From NCBI GenBank assembly GCA_046497275.1, contig JAWOFX010000075.1:20295-52294 (forward strand): a stretch of DNA of 32,000 bases, in the 5' to 3' direction. Shown in pieces: positions 27,825-32,000 of the stretch. Both the position numbers and the translations under genes were made by a program. This DNA is from Promethearchaeia archaeon (lineage in GTDB: Archaea > Asgardarchaeota > Lokiarchaeia > Sigyniarchaeales > SOKP01). The stretch's first letter is position 1. The number at the start of each line of letters is the position of its first letter. The notes beneath the pieces were generated by a model. That model worked only from the letters and a program-made list of their open reading frames with translations, made no database searches and was not told the DNA's origin.

Positions 27825-28823
27825 TTAGATATTAAATAATTTTATCTCTCCAGAATTGCTTAATTTTTCGTACCATTTCACCACAGAGGTTTTATCTGTT
27901 TTCTCGGTTATTCCTTTTTCTAATGCTTCATACACATTTTTCGCTGCTTCTGGAACTGTATGCTTTATCTCAAATCCTAATTGATCTGCAAGTTTGCTGA
28001 AATCCACTCGGTATGAACGTGTGTCTGGTTCTCCATACCAATCTAAATCATACCCAATTCCCACTGAATCACCAATCACCTTGGCTAAGGGTAAGATCTG
28101 ATAATTTTGATCATTCGCCCCGACATTGAAGATTTCTTTTTGAATCTCATCCCTCTCTGAGTCAATTAATTTTAGGATCAACCTGGAAACATCTTTCACA
28201 TGCACATTAGGTCTCCATTGGGTTCCATCTCTCATTACATTAATTTTCTTAAATTCTTGTAACGCCCAAGTCATGCCATTTACGACTAAATCAAATCTCA
28301 TCTTCGGGGAGAGTCCGTACATCGTTCCAGGTCGTAAAATGGTGACTATAAAATCATCATCAGCTAAAGGAAGTGTCTCTTTTTCTGCCATTACTTTTGA
28401 TTTACCATAGGCTTCAAGAGGATTTGGCGTGTTCTCTTCACTTATTATTCCTTCTTGAAATCCATATACGCTACACGTTGATGTGAAAATATACTTGTGA
28501 ACTCCCGCTTTTTTACTCAATTGTGCCACTCTTACACATCCTTCATGATTTATCTCGTAATATAACTCCGGATTTACTTTTTCTTGTTGATCTGGTTGAG
28601 AAATTGCCGCCAAATTCACAACCACATCGAATCCTTTCAGTAGTGAAGGATCAAACGTCCTAATATCCTCTTGAATTAAGTCAATTTTATCTTTAAACTC
28701 ATTAATCGGTTCACTCCCAAAAAAAAGTTTATCGAGAACTGAAACTTTAAATCCTTTTTTCAAAAGGTCTGGTACCAAAATTGAGCCAACAAATCCTCCT
28801 CCGCCAACCACTAATACATTCAT
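27825..28823 (-). CDS. NAD-dependent epimerase/dehydratase family extended SDR (not canonical RmlB)
   Basis: Contains VGGGGFVG, TSTCSVYG, YGKSK and RFDLVVN. It lacks the T-D-E motif of 4,6-dehydratases. Confidence 0.82.
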   Translation of the reverse strand: MNVLVVGGGGFVGSILVPDLLKKGFKVSVLDKLFFGSEPINEFKDKIDLIQEDIRTFDPSLLKGFDVVVNLAAISQPDQQEKVNPELYYEINHEGCVRVAQLSKKAGVHKYIFTSTCSVYGFQEGIISEENTPNPLEAYGKSKVMAEKETLPLADDDFIVTILRPGTMYGLSPKMRFDLVVNGMTWALQEFKKINVMRDGTQWRPNVHVKDVSRLILKLIDSERDEIQKEIFNVGANDQNYQILPLAKVIGDSVGIGYDLDWYGEPDTRSYRVDFSKLADQLGFEIKHTVPEAAKNVYEALEKGITEKTDKTSVVKWYEKLSNSGEIKLFNI

Positions 28824-28871
28824 TTTATCTATACTTTTTTTATTCTTTTTATTTTTTTATATTTGTTTTAA

Positions 28872-29390
28872 TTACTTATTAGGGGAGTAATACCAATCCC
28901 ACGGTTTTCCGACCCGAGGATCTTCTTTATTACCATTGATTGCTTTTGGAAGTACTGTTTCATCATCCCACGGCCTTCTTTCCTCATCAGGATTACCATA
29001 ATTATATAACCGATTTACACCATACAAAATTTTCACTGGTTTTACCCCGACTGCCTTATATCCATGCCATAATATTCCTGGAATCCTCGCCACCTTTAAC
29101 GAATCCTCACTAAGCACGATTTCATCTATCTCTCCATAGGTTTCTGAATCCTCTCTTCCATCATACGCGCACACTTTTATAGATCCCGTGATACAAATAA
29201 AATAATCCACTTGTCCTTCTAAATGTCGATGCCATGCCCTCACTATATTAGGATAACTATATGAAAGATTAAATTGTACTACTTTGTCATTTTTCAAGGT
29301 TTCCGTCCAATCCTCTCGTAATATTTCGCAAAAGAATCCACGCTCATCGACAAATTGCTTCAAATCTTTTACTATTACTCCTTCAATCAT
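28872..29390 (-). CDS. rfbC: dTDP-4-dehydrorhamnose 3,5-epimerase family cupin (RmlC-like)
   Basis: Contains MIEGVIVKDL, DERGFF, VRAWHRH and GILWHGY. Confidence 0.8.
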   Translation of the reverse strand: MIEGVIVKDLKQFVDERGFFCEILREDWTETLKNDKVVQFNLSYSYPNIVRAWHRHLEGQVDYFICITGSIKVCAYDGREDSETYGEIDEIVLSEDSLKVARIPGILWHGYKAVGVKPVKILYGVNRLYNYGNPDEERRPWDDETVLPKAINGNKEDPRVGKPWDWYYSPNK

Positions 29391-29476
29391 TTTTATTACC
29401 CACTTCTTATGAACTTAATACTTTTATTATATAATATACTTCATTATTTAAATTTTTGAAAAATAAATACTTTATT

Positions 29477-30400
29477 ATGAAAAAAATCCTCATTATTGGA
29501 GCAAGCGGACTCACTGGGTATCAATTGGCTAATCTGGCAAAAAAGAATTTTGAAGTATATGGGACATTTAACAAGAGAGAGATTTCTATTCCGGATTGCC
29601 ACATCTTTCAATTAGATAAAACGGATTCAAATAAAACTCAATCTTTGCTCTCTGAAATAAAACCAGAACTCGTTATTGATTGCTCTGCCTTACATAATGT
29701 TGATTATTGTGAGGAACATAAAGATGAGACTTTAGAAATTAATACAGAATCTCCAAAAAGTATTGCGCAGTTATGTAAAGATATGAATGCGAGATTCCTT
29801 AATATTTCTACCGACTATGTTTTTGATGGAACTCTAAATAGGCCTTATAAAGAAGATGATGAACCAAATCCTCTTAACTTTTATGGAATTTCAAAAAGGA
29901 AAGCAGAACAAGAGATTGCTAAAATTGGTGGCAGTTATGCGATAGCTCGAACAAGCCTTATTTTCGGTTGGAATCCTCACGAGATTGCTGGGGAAAAATC
30001 GAGCTCGGGTAAATCTCAAAATTTTGTAATTTGGGCTCTTAGCAAGCTCAGAAATGAAGAACCCTTAAAAATTGTAACAGATCAATATAGCAACCCTACG
30101 TTCGCGAATAATTTAGCAGAAATGCTTTTAGCCTTGGGCAATTCTAACGTGAATGGTATATTTCATACCGCTGGAAAGACGTGTTTAAGTAGATATGATT
30201 TCACACGTGAAATTGCTGAAGTATTTAATATTGATCCTCAGTTAATTTCTCCGGTAACCAGTGATGAATTTAATCAAGTCGCTGAAAGACCTATGCGTCC
30301 TTGCTTAAATGTAAGTAAAATAACAGAAATATTTGATGGGAAAATATTAAGCTCAAAAGAAGCATTAGAAAATATGAAAGAACTGGAAATGGAGAGTTAA
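29477..30400 (+). CDS. rfbD: dTDP-4-dehydrorhamnose reductase (RmlD)
   Basis: Contains IGASGLTG, ISTDYVFDG, PNPLNFYGISK, DQYSNPT and RP. ATG 29477 is preferred over TTG 29456 of the ORF track. Confidence 0.88.
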   Translation: MKKILIIGASGLTGYQLANLAKKNFEVYGTFNKREISIPDCHIFQLDKTDSNKTQSLLSEIKPELVIDCSALHNVDYCEEHKDETLEINTESPKSIAQLCKDMNARFLNISTDYVFDGTLNRPYKEDDEPNPLNFYGISKRKAEQEIAKIGGSYAIARTSLIFGWNPHEIAGEKSSSGKSQNFVIWALSKLRNEEPLKIVTDQYSNPTFANNLAEMLLALGNSNVNGIFHTAGKTCLSRYDFTREIAEVFNIDPQLISPVTSDEFNQVAERPMRPCLNVSKITEIFDGKILSSKEALENMKELEMES

Positions 30401-30401
30401 T

Positions 30402-31055
30402 ATGAGTAGGTTGAAAAATGATAAATCTTCTTCGGTTGATATTGAAGAGCCACTGGGGAACTTCTTATCCGATACGGATTGCCTATTTATCCGAAAGATT
30501 TATGAAAGGTTTGGAAAAGAGCCAATATTCGATTCCCAAAATAATATCGTCTTAAGAATTGGGAATTATTCCCATATTGGAAATGGAAATTATTACTTGG
30601 AACTGGATGAAAAAACCAGATATTTTGTTAACGAAAAAGAGTGGTCGCTTAGTAAAGTCCATTTTCTGATGAATAAACATGGTAAAATTGCCACAATGCA
30701 GAGGAAAGTATTATCTTTCTCACCACAATTTTATTTAAGTACTATGAATGGAAACAGAGTTTTGGAAACGAAAGAGAAGTCTTTTGAAAGGACCAATTTT
30801 GAAATTAAAACCCCCTCAAAAAATACTCCAATTTGTAGAATTAAATTAATTAAATCTCGTCAAGGAAAAACGCCCGACGCAAGGGAATATCTCAAAGTAG
30901 AGTTTTTCGATCACGAGATAAATAAAATCCTGTTAATTAGCTTTATCCTCTACATTAGAAAATTAACTATGCTGTATAATGGTATCTCAGATGTTGCTAA
31001 TTATGGAAGAAAAATTGTGCGATTAAGACCATTTGGCCCAAAAGTGTTTAAATAA
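30402..31055 (+). CDS. Hypothetical protein, LURP-one-related/tubby C-terminal (scramblase-like) fold suspected
   Basis: It has a run of short beta segments (KIATMQRKVLSFSPQFYLS, FERTNFEI, EYLKVEF) ending in one hydrophobic helix (KILLISFILYI), the layout of LOR/tubby barrels. It starts 1 nt after the rmlD stop. Confidence 0.5.
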   Translation: MSRLKNDKSSSVDIEEPLGNFLSDTDCLFIRKIYERFGKEPIFDSQNNIVLRIGNYSHIGNGNYYLELDEKTRYFVNEKEWSLSKVHFLMNKHGKIATMQRKVLSFSPQFYLSTMNGNRVLETKEKSFERTNFEIKTPSKNTPICRIKLIKSRQGKTPDAREYLKVEFFDHEINKILLISFILYIRKLTMLYNGISDVANYGRKIVRLRPFGPKVFK

Positions 31056-31371
31056 ACTATTTTGCATTTTTAAGCCATTTTTGAATAAAAAATTCTAATA
31101 TAAGAACACACTTAGAATCTCTCAAAATAGATCCTCACCTCTCTTAGTGCTATTTCTTTCTCTAAACTTTTTTGTTTTAAGATGTTGTTAAGATAGAAAG
31201 ATTAAAATATGATATTGAATAATCTTATTATTAAAGACGAAGTTTATTAAAATATTGGAATTTTCTCATACTCATCTATAATAATCATAAAAGGATTTGG
31301 GAAAACAAAAGCATTAATAAACTCGACTGATATTTATCTAATAAAGTAAACAGCAAGAGTTGTTTTAGTTT

Positions 31372-32000
31372 ATGGTTCTGGAAGCTCAAAAACAAAAGAT
31401 TTATCTGGAAATTACACCTGATCTACATTCAAAAGAAGATTTGTTAATCTCAATCATTATCCCCTTATATAATGAGGAAAAAACGATTACCCAGGTCATA
31501 AATAGCATCCCAAATCATCGACATTATGAGATTATTATCGTGGATGATGGCTCAACCGATAAGAGCCTGGAGAAAATTCAAGAACTCAGTAATGATAATA
31601 ATTATATCAATATTATTTCCCATAAAGAAAATAAGGGCTACGGTAGTTCAATTTTAACGGGTTTTAAACACTCTACAGGAGATATCATCGTCACACTTGA
31701 TTCTGATGGACAACATGATCCAGGACAAATACCATTATTGATAAAACCCATTTTAGACGATGAAGCAGATATCGTTATCGGCTCACGATATTTAGGTAAA
31801 TCAAATTATAAAATACCCCTCCACACTCAGATTGGGGAAGCGTTTGTCGAGAAAATACTCAAATATTTATTCCATCGAGAAGTTGAGAATAATCAGAGTG
31901 GATTTCGCGCCTTTCGAAAAGAGTGTATTGATACATTTGATGAATATTTGTATACAGATTTTGGGCTTTGTACCGAAATTTTATTTAAAGCTTCCATGCA
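31372..32000 (+). CDS. GT2 DPM1-like glycosyltransferase, 3'-truncated by the window edge (absent from the ORF track)
   Basis: From ATG 31372 it reads MVLEAQKQKIYLEITPDLHSKEDLLISIIIPLYNEE...VDDGSTD...NKGYGSS...TLDSDGQHDPGQIP...VIGSRY...PLHTQIGE...NNQSGFRAF, with no stop before 32000. Close paralog of 7045..7836. Confidence 0.88.
   Translation, partial: MVLEAQKQKIYLEITPDLHSKEDLLISIIIPLYNEEKTITQVINSIPNHRHYEIIIVDDGSTDKSLEKIQELSNDNNYINIISHKENKGYGSSILTGFKHSTGDIIVTLDSDGQHDPGQIPLLIKPILDDEADIVIGSRYLGKSNYKIPLHTQIGEAFVEKILKYLFHREVENNQSGFRAFRKECIDTFDEYLYTDFGLCTEILFKASM

Noticed and set aside
27825-28823. Calling this SDR rmlB or a UDP-sulfoquinovose synthase
   Set aside because: It lacks the T-D-E dehydratase motif and the GDGYLGWP-type start of SqdB/Agl3.
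1-32000. tRNA, rRNA, CRISPR arrays, transposases or integrases
   Set aside because: No intergenic gap shows GC-rich structured RNA, regularly spaced repeats or terminal inverted repeats, and no ORF has recombinase motifs.

Overview
AT-rich prokaryotic window, most likely from an Asgard archaeon (Lokiarchaeia/Promethearchaeota-like). That assignment is inferred from a longin-domain/Arf-like GTPase fusion, an adjacent roadblock-fold gene, an archaeal UPF0280 gene and GGTGA-type ribosome-binding motifs. The first ~2.6 kb holds a two-gene roadblock + longin-GTPase unit. Its GTPase ORF probably starts 22 codons upstream of the tracked start, at an ATT codon. From ~3.4 kb to the window end lies a large surface-glycan locus with frequent strand switching. 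It contains eight GT2 glycosyltransferases (three dolichol-phosphate-mannose-synthase-like, three recent paralogs, one truncated by the window edge) and two GT87/DUF2029-like membrane transferases. It also has two paralogous ~750-aa polytopic proteins with GT-C/oligosaccharyltransferase-like traits but no WWDYG motif. The rest comprises an OafA-type acyltransferase, three SAM methyltransferases, a sulfatase-fold protein with Thr at the nucleophile position, an ABC-2 exporter, RmlA/RmlC/RmlD-like enzymes with no canonical RmlB, two extended SDRs and a LURP-one/tubby-like protein. I found no rRNA, tRNA, CRISPR array or mobile element. All family assignments come from reading motifs by eye, not from database searches.
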